64,000 nucleotides of DNA from an uncultured Verrucomicrobiota bacterium (GTDB taxonomy: Bacteria; Verrucomicrobiota; Verrucomicrobiia; Methylacidiphilales; CAMAQI01). The position numbers and the translations under genes were made by a program. Each line of letters starts with the position of its first letter. Within the stretch, counting starts at the first letter, position 1. The notes under the pieces were generated by a model. That model worked only from the letters and a program-made list of their open reading frames with translations. It ran no database searches and had not been told where the DNA came from. Positions 37,561-45,399 of the stretch are shown one piece after another. The stretch spans positions 10,359-74,358 of the forward strand of contig CAZKRU010000007.1 of assembly GCA_964555235.1 (NCBI GenBank), in the 5' to 3' direction.

Positions 37561-37690
37561 GATCGAGTTTTTTCTCAATTCGAGAAAGTTGAACTTGAGT
37601 AAAAGGCTCACCTAATTTTCGTTGTATCTTAACGAGGTGACCGAGTCCGACGGTTTTGTTTTTTGGAATCATATTTTTTTCCAGTAGAGG

Positions 37691-38491
37691 TTATTTCTTT
37701 TGGTATTTCGTTGGGATCCGTCCTTGAATCTTCTCGGTGTTTAATTTCGGATAGCCGCCTGAGTTTTCCATGGATTTATATTTCTCGTATCCCAAGTATC
37801 CGTTGCCGATTGCAGATAGACCTAAAGCACCGGCAGTTCCAAAAAGCATCTTTCGTGCTGACGCCAATTTGCTTTTGGTGTCTTGAAGCTGATTATTAAC
37901 GTCATCGAATTGAGCCTGAGAAATACTTCCGTTAGATTTACTATTGTTGGCGGCAGCCTGAAGCGCGGCAATTTGAGCCTGAAGGCTGGCAATGGTTGCC
38001 GCATCCGTAGTTGCTTGGGCCTGAAGCGTAGCGATTTGCGCTTTGAGGCTTGTGATTTCAGCCGTTAGATTGTCAATGGAACCATCAACCTCGATGACGG
38101 TGAGATTTCCCGAGTGGGCTGGGTAGGCAACGCTATTGTTTCCCCCGGATTGAATCAAAACGTTACCAGTGGCATTTGCCGTGGGAGTGTAGATAAAGTT
38201 ATACGCGATAGGAGCCGATACCCCTGTGGTTCTTGAAATGGTGTCTGTTCCTGATCCCACGGTGCACGAACTGTTCTCTGTTGCCAAAGTAGTTCCATTC
38301 CCTGAGGTTTCTGTCACGGTGACTTTGTAGATTTTACTTGTTGAGAAATTGATATTAGCGGAGGTGAAGCTTGTTGAAGTGCTACCGCTCGCTGTATTCC
38401 AAGTGACGTTAATGAGTGTCGTCGTATCGCCAAAAGCCCCGAAGAGCTGAAGCGGCAAAATTGTGGCAAGGATAAGAAGTTGTTTGATCAT
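37691..38491 (-). CDS. Secreted Ser/Thr-rich beta-domain + coiled-coil protein (possible adhesin)
   Basis: Signal peptide; S/T/N-rich N-terminal half; LTAEITSLKAQIATLQAQ heptads; C-terminal hydrophobic Gly/Ala segment. Confidence 0.65.
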   Translation of the reverse strand: MIKQLLILATILPLQLFGAFGDTTTLINVTWNTASGSTSTSFTSANINFSTSKIYKVTVTETSGNGTTLATENSSCTVGSGTDTISRTTGVSAPIAYNFIYTPTANATGNVLIQSGGNNSVAYPAHSGNLTVIEVDGSIDNLTAEITSLKAQIATLQAQATTDAATIASLQAQIAALQAAANNSKSNGSISQAQFDDVNNQLQDTKSKLASARKMLFGTAGALGLSAIGNGYLGYEKYKSMENSGGYPKLNTEKIQGRIPTKYQKK

Positions 38492-38493
38492 GG

Positions 38494-38697
38494 TTATTTC
38501 CTTTCTTGATTCATTTTTTGTTTAAATTGAGTGTCGTAAGCGTTTTCGGGCCAAAGTTCGCGTTTTTCCTGTTCTAATTGTTGAGGGGTTTTAGGGATTT
38601 TCGTTGCGACAAAAATCATCGTAAAAGCTGCCAGTACTGTGACTGTTTTTAAGATTTTTTCGTTTCGAGGAGAGGAACAGTAGTAGATTGTTTTCAT
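38494..38697 (-). CDS. Small membrane protein
   Basis: MKTIYYCSS...VTVLAAFTMIFVA; ATGA-coupled to the upstream ORF. Confidence 0.5.
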   Translation of the reverse strand: MKTIYYCSSPRNEKILKTVTVLAAFTMIFVATKIPKTPQQLEQEKRELWPENAYDTQFKQKMNQERK

Positions 38698-38819
38698 TGG
38701 TTGGATTCGTAGAATTCCGGATAAAAGTAGAAGAGTCCGAGCCCGACAAAGTAGAGAACCGCAAAGATTCCCAAGATGATCAGAACAGCGTAAAAGAGCT
38801 TTTGTAATAAATTTTTCAT
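38694..38819 (-). CDS. 41-aa single-TM microprotein
   Basis: Manual translation MKNLLQKLFYAVLIILGIFAVLYFVGLGLFYFYPEFYESNQ; ATGA overlaps on both sides. Confidence 0.5.
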   Translation of the reverse strand: MKNLLQKLFYAVLIILGIFAVLYFVGLGLFYFYPEFYESNQ

Positions 38820-38977
38820 CGCGGTTTCTCCTCGAATGATTGGAAAACAAACTCATCCTCGGCAATTTCGATGAATCGGCGAAAAGCGTCCTCTCGGTCA
38901 ACTCCCTCTACCTGAACGGTAGAGGTGACCTTGTCGGCGCGGTCATAGTATTTTATCCAGAATTCGATCATGGGCAT
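38816..38977 (-). CDS. 53-aa acidic microprotein
   Basis: Manual translation MPMIEFWIKYYDRADKVTSTVQVEGVDREDAFRRFIEIAEDEFVFQSFEEKPR; AAGAGG RBS. Confidence 0.5.
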   Translation of the reverse strand: MPMIEFWIKYYDRADKVTSTVQVEGVDREDAFRRFIEIAEDEFVFQSFEEKPR

Positions 38978-38985
38978 GTCCTCTT

Positions 38986-41589
38986 TCATGCAGTTTGAAG
39001 CTCAGGCTCATTTTTGTAGGTCTTACGTTTTTCAAACTTACAAGTGCCACAAAGAGGATGAGACGAACCCATTTGGTAATAGGTGAACCAACTTGAATTA
39101 TAGTTGTTTTGCTCCGGCATTTCGTAGGTCATCACAGCTTCCTGTGCCGATTCCGGAATGGATGGAAATCTTTGGCAAATGTCTTGGATGTCTCGAATGT
39201 CGTTCTGACGAAGAAGGAAGAGAACCTTGGAGTTTCCTAATATCGTGCTTGCGATGGGTGAACGAGAAAATTGGTCGTACTGTTGAACAGCAAATCCTGC
39301 AACAGTGGTGTACTTACGAAATCGAGCGTAGCATTTATCAAGAGTTTTATCTGAGCCCGGAGTCGAGAGAAATGGCTTTCCTTCATCAATGATGAATCCC
39401 TTAGGGTCTTTTCGTGGGCGTCGCATAATTTCTGCGGTTTCGAAGTGAGAAATCATGTAGCCAACGAGCTGCTTGAGCTGCGAATCATCGTCGCCAAGAT
39501 TCGCGAGCTCCCAGTGGCTTACTCGGTCACTCTTAGGGAGATTTCGCACACCATCGAATAGACCTCCTTTGGAGCCTCTGTGCTTGCACCATGAATTGAG
39601 GACGGTTCGTATAAATTCGAGCCGTTTACTGTCATGGGATCCGATTGGAAAATCCAACGATCCCACAAAAGAGGAGAGAGTCGGATATTCGTCCGGTTTA
39701 AGCGTTGCAATGAAAACGTCTCGAATATAGCCCTTGGTCTCGGGCATTTTCATGAAATTGACGGTCATTTCTTCGTTGACCTGAGATTCCATCAGCTTTA
39801 CGGCATCGGGATTGACGACTCTCAATTCTCGGATTTGATTCCACGCATCAAGGAAATCGGCATCGAGTTCCGATTGAATGAGAACTTGCCAATAGTTATA
39901 GGTTACGAGTGCTTCTTTTGCGTATTTGAAGCGGATCCCGCTATCTCGTTTTGTCTTTTCCTGATAAATGTCATCGTAAAGGCGAATGCAGTATTCCTCG
40001 ATATAAGATTTGATGATGACTTTCTCTTGCTCTGAATCGAAAAGACCGAACATCCGGGTCATCAACGAAGAGAGATCCTCCAGAAAGGCTGAAGAGAAGG
40101 GGAGTCCGTTGGTATCAAATGGCCCAAAGCAGAGGTTAGAATTTGGATGAATTACCTTTGGTTGTGAACCAAAGCTTCGACTGAACTGGGTGAGGCTTCC
40201 GCCTTCTTCGATTAGAACGATATATCTCAAAAAGCACATCATTTGCATGAGGACATCTTGAAGTAAATGTGACTTTCCACCGCCAGTCATACCAATCATG
40301 GTGAAGGAAAGAGGCGTTCCGTTTTTGAAGAGAGAAACCGTTGCAACGCCATCATTGTGATTCTTGTAGATTAGGTTTCCGTCGCGATCGCCATGGAACG
40401 ATGCGTCAATATTGACGGTACGAGCAACCATATCGTCGTTCATCTGAATTACGTGATCCCGGTATTTTCCAAAAGGGAATCCGGGTTGGATCTGGCTAAA
40501 GATCTTTCGAGTTGTGGCAGGCATTGATGCCACGTAATAATCAGCATCGTCCCATTCATGGATTGCGTCCTTGAGGACTTGTGTTTTGCTGGCAAGCCCG
40601 ACTGGGTTTTTATCCCAGACGTGAAAGACCATCATCCAGTCGAAGAGGCGATAGCCATTGGCAATATCAGCGATGATGCGAGTCTTGAGGGCAGAGGCGG
40701 TAGCGGATTCAACATCGGAATCTTTGTCTGTGCGGTTCTTTTCTTTCTGATGCTGCTTGAGCTTCTTCCGGGTATCAACCGGATAGATGGTCGAAACGAT
40801 TCTAAAATCATTGATATTGAGATTCGAAAGCTTGTAGATCATTCCCGGAGTGAGATTGCGGGGTGGGCGACTCAGGATGATGCAGTTGTGATAATAGCCA
40901 TCGTAATGAAACCCAAAAGCGGGCATGTAACGTTCGCCAGATTTGAATCCATCACGAACGCACTGAGAGATGACGGGGAGATTTGAGTCGAACTTTTTGA
41001 GCGCATCAAAAAGACTTCGCTCGGCGAAGGAGGGATTATAAAACTCCATCAAATGACGGATCATTTCCTCTCCGGACATGGCTTCCATGTAGGCACCGGT
41101 TCGTCCCATCGAATTGTCAAACGAAGAGATGACGCTATCGAGCTCCCGATGAGCTTCCTCATAGAGCATTGTTTCATGTTTAAGACGATCAGCTTCATTG
41201 AAGCCCAAAGAAATACTGCCACTCAGCTTTTTACATGAGTAAAAGCGTGTTCGTAGTCGCTTGAGGAGGTGTTTTTCGTTCTGCTCATTGAGGTCTAAAA
41301 GAATATGATCTCGGTACGCCGTCGATGCGTCATGAGTGCCGCAGGATTCAGTTTGCTGTGCATACTGCATGAGCACCGGGGCCTCTTGATGGAGGAAGTC
41401 CAAGTGAATCTGGTAACCCATGTTCAAGCTGGAGTTTCTAAGCCAGTTCTTGGCACCTTCCCGGAAGAGATTCTTCATGAAGTCGCTGGCGTTGTAGAGA
41501 TCAACGCCAAAGACCTCGGCCCCAACAGCCACATGGGTGAGGGGAGAGCCGAAGACAAGAGCATTGCTATGGAGATAGCACTCCTTCAT
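38986..41589 (-). CDS. virB4: VirB4-like T4SS ATPase
   Basis: 867 aa; IGMTGGGKS Walker A, LIEEGGS, FIIDEG Walker B, RFRKY...AVQQ, ILGNS. Confidence 0.88.
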   Translation of the reverse strand: MKECYLHSNALVFGSPLTHVAVGAEVFGVDLYNASDFMKNLFREGAKNWLRNSSLNMGYQIHLDFLHQEAPVLMQYAQQTESCGTHDASTAYRDHILLDLNEQNEKHLLKRLRTRFYSCKKLSGSISLGFNEADRLKHETMLYEEAHRELDSVISSFDNSMGRTGAYMEAMSGEEMIRHLMEFYNPSFAERSLFDALKKFDSNLPVISQCVRDGFKSGERYMPAFGFHYDGYYHNCIILSRPPRNLTPGMIYKLSNLNINDFRIVSTIYPVDTRKKLKQHQKEKNRTDKDSDVESATASALKTRIIADIANGYRLFDWMMVFHVWDKNPVGLASKTQVLKDAIHEWDDADYYVASMPATTRKIFSQIQPGFPFGKYRDHVIQMNDDMVARTVNIDASFHGDRDGNLIYKNHNDGVATVSLFKNGTPLSFTMIGMTGGGKSHLLQDVLMQMMCFLRYIVLIEEGGSLTQFSRSFGSQPKVIHPNSNLCFGPFDTNGLPFSSAFLEDLSSLMTRMFGLFDSEQEKVIIKSYIEEYCIRLYDDIYQEKTKRDSGIRFKYAKEALVTYNYWQVLIQSELDADFLDAWNQIRELRVVNPDAVKLMESQVNEEMTVNFMKMPETKGYIRDVFIATLKPDEYPTLSSFVGSLDFPIGSHDSKRLEFIRTVLNSWCKHRGSKGGLFDGVRNLPKSDRVSHWELANLGDDDSQLKQLVGYMISHFETAEIMRRPRKDPKGFIIDEGKPFLSTPGSDKTLDKCYARFRKYTTVAGFAVQQYDQFSRSPIASTILGNSKVLFLLRQNDIRDIQDICQRFPSIPESAQEAVMTYEMPEQNNYNSSWFTYYQMGSSHPLCGTCKFEKRKTYKNEPELQTA

Positions 41590-41912
41590 TTGGGTACTTC
41601 CTGTTGGGAAAAAGGATTGGATTGAGTTTTGGGCTTCTCATATTCCCAGTCTCTTTTCATCAAGGACTCGAAGAAGTCGATGTCATTTGCCGCTGGTTTG
41701 TCGTGGCGCAGGAGAAAAATCCAAGCCAGTACCGGCACCATCAGGAGCGAAGAACAAACCAAGGCCATCATGACCGAGGACTTGATCCAAACCGCAAGAA
41801 AAATTCCTAACGAGGCAAGTCCAGCAATCACAATGATCTGGATGTTGACGAAATCAACGCCCTTGAACTTTCCTTCGGAGTCGTCCTGATAGTAGCTCGG
41901 AATGCGGCTCAT
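41586..41912 (-). CDS. VirB3-like membrane protein
   Basis: Two TM helices, ATGA-coupled to virB4; DDSEGKF.G and HDKP motifs. Confidence 0.65.
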   Translation of the reverse strand: MSRIPSYYQDDSEGKFKGVDFVNIQIIVIAGLASLGIFLAVWIKSSVMMALVCSSLLMVPVLAWIFLLRHDKPAANDIDFFESLMKRDWEYEKPKTQSNPFSQQEVPK

Positions 41913-42070
41913 GATCCCACGACAAAGAGCATGAAGAAGAAGGCAAAAACGAGTGAGGAGATCATCACGATCTTTGCCATTCGTTTGTTTTCGCTTCCAT
42001 CTTCAGATTTCACAAAAACGAAGCCCGAGATCATTGAGGTGAGGGCACAGATTGCAAATAGGGTAGCCAT
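41909..42070 (-). CDS. 53-aa two-TM microprotein
   Basis: Manual translation MATLFAICALTSMISGFVFV...IVMISSLVFAFFFMLFVVGS; coupled to the VirB3-like gene. Confidence 0.5.
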   Translation of the reverse strand: MATLFAICALTSMISGFVFVKSEDGSENKRMAKIVMISSLVFAFFFMLFVVGS

Positions 42071-42072
42071 AT

Positions 42073-42393
42073 TTAGATTCCTTTTTGTTGATTTTGACGA
42101 AATGAAGTTAAGAGTTTAGGATCCACTTGCTGGTGGTATTCGACTTTTGGAATCGCCTTCGACATTCCAGCTTTTTCAAAAAAGCCCTTCATCACGGGAA
42201 TTGAAAATGCAATTCCAGCACCGGCGAGAACCCCAAGAGCTCCGCTCATGATGTTTCCGCCATCGATCATGAACCAGCCCTTGACCATCACACATGCGCC
42301 GGCGATGAAGAATACGGATGCAATGGCGATAAGAACCTCGCCAGAGACATCTTGAAAACTCGAAACATCGGCGAGTAATACTGAATAGATCAT
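42073..42393 (-). CDS. VirB2/TrbC-like pilin
   Basis: Two hydrophobic helices joined by a short loop (KGWFMIDGGN); upstream of VirB3/VirB4. Confidence 0.65.
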   Translation of the reverse strand: MIYSVLLADVSSFQDVSGEVLIAIASVFFIAGACVMVKGWFMIDGGNIMSGALGVLAGAGIAFSIPVMKGFFEKAGMSKAIPKVEYHQQVDPKLLTSFRQNQQKGI

Positions 42394-42653
42394 GATTTTC
42401 CCTTTTTGGTGTGTTCGTTGATTAACAGGTTGGCGGCATCAAAACCCATGTGGTAGACGAGATGGAGCCCGACCTTAAAAAGTTTCCGTGCCATATCCGC
42501 TCGTTCCACAACGGGGTAACGCTCGAGGATATGCGAGAGCATTTCGATGGAACTGGCATCGAGGGTTACCCCCGCGATGTATTTCTCGCTCCGATCGACC
42601 GGCTTTTTTCTTTCCTCTGACTTTTCCCCAAGATTTTCTGATTGTTCTGACAT
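42390..42653 (-). CDS. Small RHH-like putative regulator, first gene of the tra operon
   Basis: YIAGVTLDASSIEMLSHIL...RADMARKLF strand-helix-helix; starts ~30 bp inside the right att site. Confidence 0.55.
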   Translation of the reverse strand: MSEQSENLGEKSEERKKPVDRSEKYIAGVTLDASSIEMLSHILERYPVVERADMARKLFKVGLHLVYHMGFDAANLLINEHTKKGKS

Positions 42654-42683
42654 GAGATTTTTCTCTCTTGGGTATCAGAGGCT

Positions 42684-42711
42684 ATTTTATATGACATATA
42701 TTGTGCGCAGT
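42684..42711 (-). other. dif: Chromosomal dif site / attR (XerC arm - spacer - XerD arm)
   Basis: Minus strand ACTGCGCACAA-TATATG-TCATATAAAAT versus E. coli dif GGTGCGCATAA-TGTATA-TTATGTTAAAT (8/11 identity in each arm); apparent G-to-C skew switch nearby. Confidence 0.82.
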
Positions 42712-42812
42712 TAATTTGAGGTCTCCATATTGGAAAACTTGTATTCCAACAATCTCATCACCACGAGTTTAAACTTCACGGGCACTCATTCGGACGAGCG
42801 AGGATCACTCTT

Positions 42813-43118
42813 TTAAACCACATCCAAAATTGCAGATTCCTGGGCGAGAAGGGATTGGCCTTTGCGGTAATCCCATTCCGTCGATAGGTCCTCATCAATG
42901 AGGACTTGAAGCTCTCCATCTGGGCGAATCTCGTTGACCACGCACCAAAAATCAACCGTTTTGAGGCGTGCCCCTTGGGTTCGGTAGAGTCCAGCTTTTA
43001 CCGAATCCCCTTTCTTGATTTTGTGCGTTCCAAGGCCGGGATACTTCTGTCGCACTTGCTGGGGACAGTATTTCGATTTGATATCGATCCAAGAGATGGT
43101 TCCTCGCGTATTTTTCAC
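42813..43118 (-). CDS. Hypothetical protein
   Basis: 101-aa ORF; GDSVK...FWCVV beta-rich pattern. Confidence 0.55.
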   Translation of the reverse strand: MKNTRGTISWIDIKSKYCPQQVRQKYPGLGTHKIKKGDSVKAGLYRTQGARLKTVDFWCVVNEIRPDGELQVLIDEDLSTEWDYRKGQSLLAQESAILDVV

Positions 43119-43288
43119 CGTCGCATCCTACCAGACGTTGAACAAAAAGAAAACCCCCGTTTTTATGGAGAGGTCCGCCGATCCTAATCGCCATGACTGG
43201 AAGGAAGTTCACTCCGCTTGAACCAATCAGTGTTACGGTCATTCAAGGAGTCCCTTGCAAATTTTCATGATTGGATTAGATTGGGTCA

Positions 43289-43549
43289 ATGAAGACCTCC
43301 GAGAACTTCACTCCTTCAGACTCGGAGCCGCCAATACTTCCAAGTGAATCCACTATCGCTGAGCGTGCATACGAAATCTACCTTGAAAACAACTGTCAAG
43401 ATGGTTATGCCTTAGACCACTGGCTGCAGGCTGAGTATGAACTGATGCAACTACCTTTGGCTGCCTTAGCCAGCCTTCCAAAAAAACCGGGCAAAAGCCG
43501 CCGGAGAAGCCAGTCGATTATCGAGATCGCCCAAACCTTTCTACTCTAA
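43289..43549 (+). CDS. DUF2934-domain protein
   Basis: IAERAYEIY...GYALDHWLQAEYEL. Confidence 0.85.
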   Translation: MKTSENFTPSDSEPPILPSESTIAERAYEIYLENNCQDGYALDHWLQAEYELMQLPLAALASLPKKPGKSRRRSQSIIEIAQTFLL

Positions 43550-43552
43550 ATA

Positions 43553-44440
43553 TCAGTGTCCACTCTTCAGATGCGATGACCCATTGCTCGACGGGGTCCC
43601 CCGCAAAGGTAACGCCGCGACCACCGCACGTGAGGGGCGCGCTGCTGACGCTGACCTCGATGCGATAACCGCATGCATCACCATCGCTGAACGCCCTTGC
43701 ACCATTTCCGAAAAAAGCTGGACCACACTCGAAAGCGAACTGACTTGGGCACTTAATTGTTGTGCCCATGCCGCAGTCTCCTCCGAGGTAGCGGCTGACG
43801 CTTGCGTCACCTTATCCACCTCCACAATCGCAGTACTATTATGAACTGCTCCCTCAATTAAAATCGCCGTCTCTTTTGCCGCAGAAGCTGAACGCTGAGC
43901 AAGATTTCGAACCTCATCTACAACCACTGCAAACCCAAGACCATGCTCTCCGGCTCGTGCTGCCTCAACTGCCGCATTCAATGCCAAAATATTCGTTTGA
44001 AAGGCAATTTCATCAATCGTCTTGATGATCTTTGAAATATTTTGCCCCGAGCGCTGAATCTCCAACATCGCCGTTTGCAGGGATTTCATTTCATCAATCC
44101 CCTTCTCTACACTGAGCCGGGCCTGATTCGCCAAACCCTTTGCCCCCTGTGCATTTTCCGCATTGCGGCGAGTCACATGCTGGATAGCTCTTTCCAATGA
44201 CGAGCTCGTCTCTTCAAGAGAAGCAGCCCCCCTTACTTGCTCCCTCAGCAAGATTGGCACTGGAAGAAGTTAACTGCGTCACCGCTCCCGAAAAACCAGC
44301 CCTTGGCTCTACTCCCTGCTTCGACGCTTCACGCAGACCACTTTAAACTCGTCCGTTGGTTGCAGTCTCACTGGAAAATCAGCACCTCAATCCCAGACGC
44401 CCTCTCTCAATTAAACCTACTCTATGCTAAACTTTAAACA
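43553..44440 (-). pseudogene. Methyl-accepting chemotaxis protein remnant
   Basis: [29 protein letters not shown] signalling hairpin; frameshift in a G6 run near 44230; shortened return arm; 5' end abuts the IS. Confidence 0.75.
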
Positions 44441-44446
44441 TGACTA

Positions 44447-45273
44447 GTATCTGTGGACATTCAAAGACGAACGTGATAGGATTCCTCCAACCAGGAGGAG
44501 TAGCTGAGTTATTTTGTGCATTTTCGAGAGGATCAATGGCAGCGGATTAAGAATGCTTTACCGGGAAAATCAGGAGACCCCGGTAGAACTGGTCGAGATA
44601 ATCGACGCTTCGTTGAGGCGGTGATGTGGGTCGGACGTAACGGAGCTCGATGGCGTTCACTGCCCCAGGAATATGGCAACTGGAACTCCACGCATCGGCG
44701 TTTTCGGCGTTGGTCGCGACTGGGAATCTGGCAGATGATTTTCAATACCTTGGCGGCGAGTGCGGACACCGAATGGCTGATGATCGACGCCACGATTGTC
44801 CGAGCTCATCAACAGGCCGCAGGCGCAAAAGGGGGCAAGAACACCAAGCGTTAGGACGCTCTCGTGGAGGTTTTACCACCAAGATTCACGCGGCTTGCGA
44901 CAACCACGGGAATCCCTTGCGGTTTATTCTGACGGCCGGGTCTTGCTCCGATTATTCCTCGGCCCTGGATCTGCTGGAGGGGCTTATCGGCGGAGGCGGT
45001 GTTAGCCGACAAAGGATATGACGCCGATTATCTCGTGGAAGCGATCCAGCAAAAGGGAGCCCAAGCGGTGATTCCTCCTCGATCCCACCGCAAAACACCA
45101 CGCGGGTACGACAAGGACCTCTACAAAGAACGCAATCTCATCGAGCGGATGTTTAATCAACTCAAAAACTTTCGAAGAATCGCCACCCGCTACGATAAAA
45201 CTGCATTGAGTTTCCTTTCCTTCCTTCACCTTGCAAGTATTTATCTCTGGCTCAAATGAATGTCCACAGAACC
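44447..45273 (+). mobile_element. IS5-family element (IS427-like), 827 bp
   Basis: TIRs GTATCTGTGGACATTCA / GGTTCTGTGGACATTCA; TA duplication in CTAG context; transposase motifs. Confidence 0.92.
44516..45259 (+). pseudogene. IS5 transposase with the usual orfA/orfB shift plus an extra frameshift
   Basis: GARWRSLP..YGNW, IDATIVRAH, AAAAGGGGG slip site, LGRSRGGFTTKIH; a second shift near 44980 before ADKGYD...RNLIERMF...RRIATRYDK. Confidence 0.85.
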
Positions 45274-45399
45274 TAGGGAACACCGATGGACCAAAAACAT
45301 TTTCCAACGCTTTTTTCTCGCCTCGTTTTTCAGAAAATGATAGGATCTCATTATTAATCGGTAGATTTGTCTTTTTGCACAAGACACCTATTCGCTTGA

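Larger units (their letters stand above)
14053..42700. mobile_element. ~28.6-kb conjugative, replication-encoding island integrated at dif (IMEX-like; no integrase recognised)
   Basis: 19-bp direct repeat CTATTTTATATGACATATA at both ends; contains T4SS, VirD4, relaxase, primase, Rep, ParA, ArdC and a TA-like pair; host-type genes on both sides. Confidence 0.88.
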
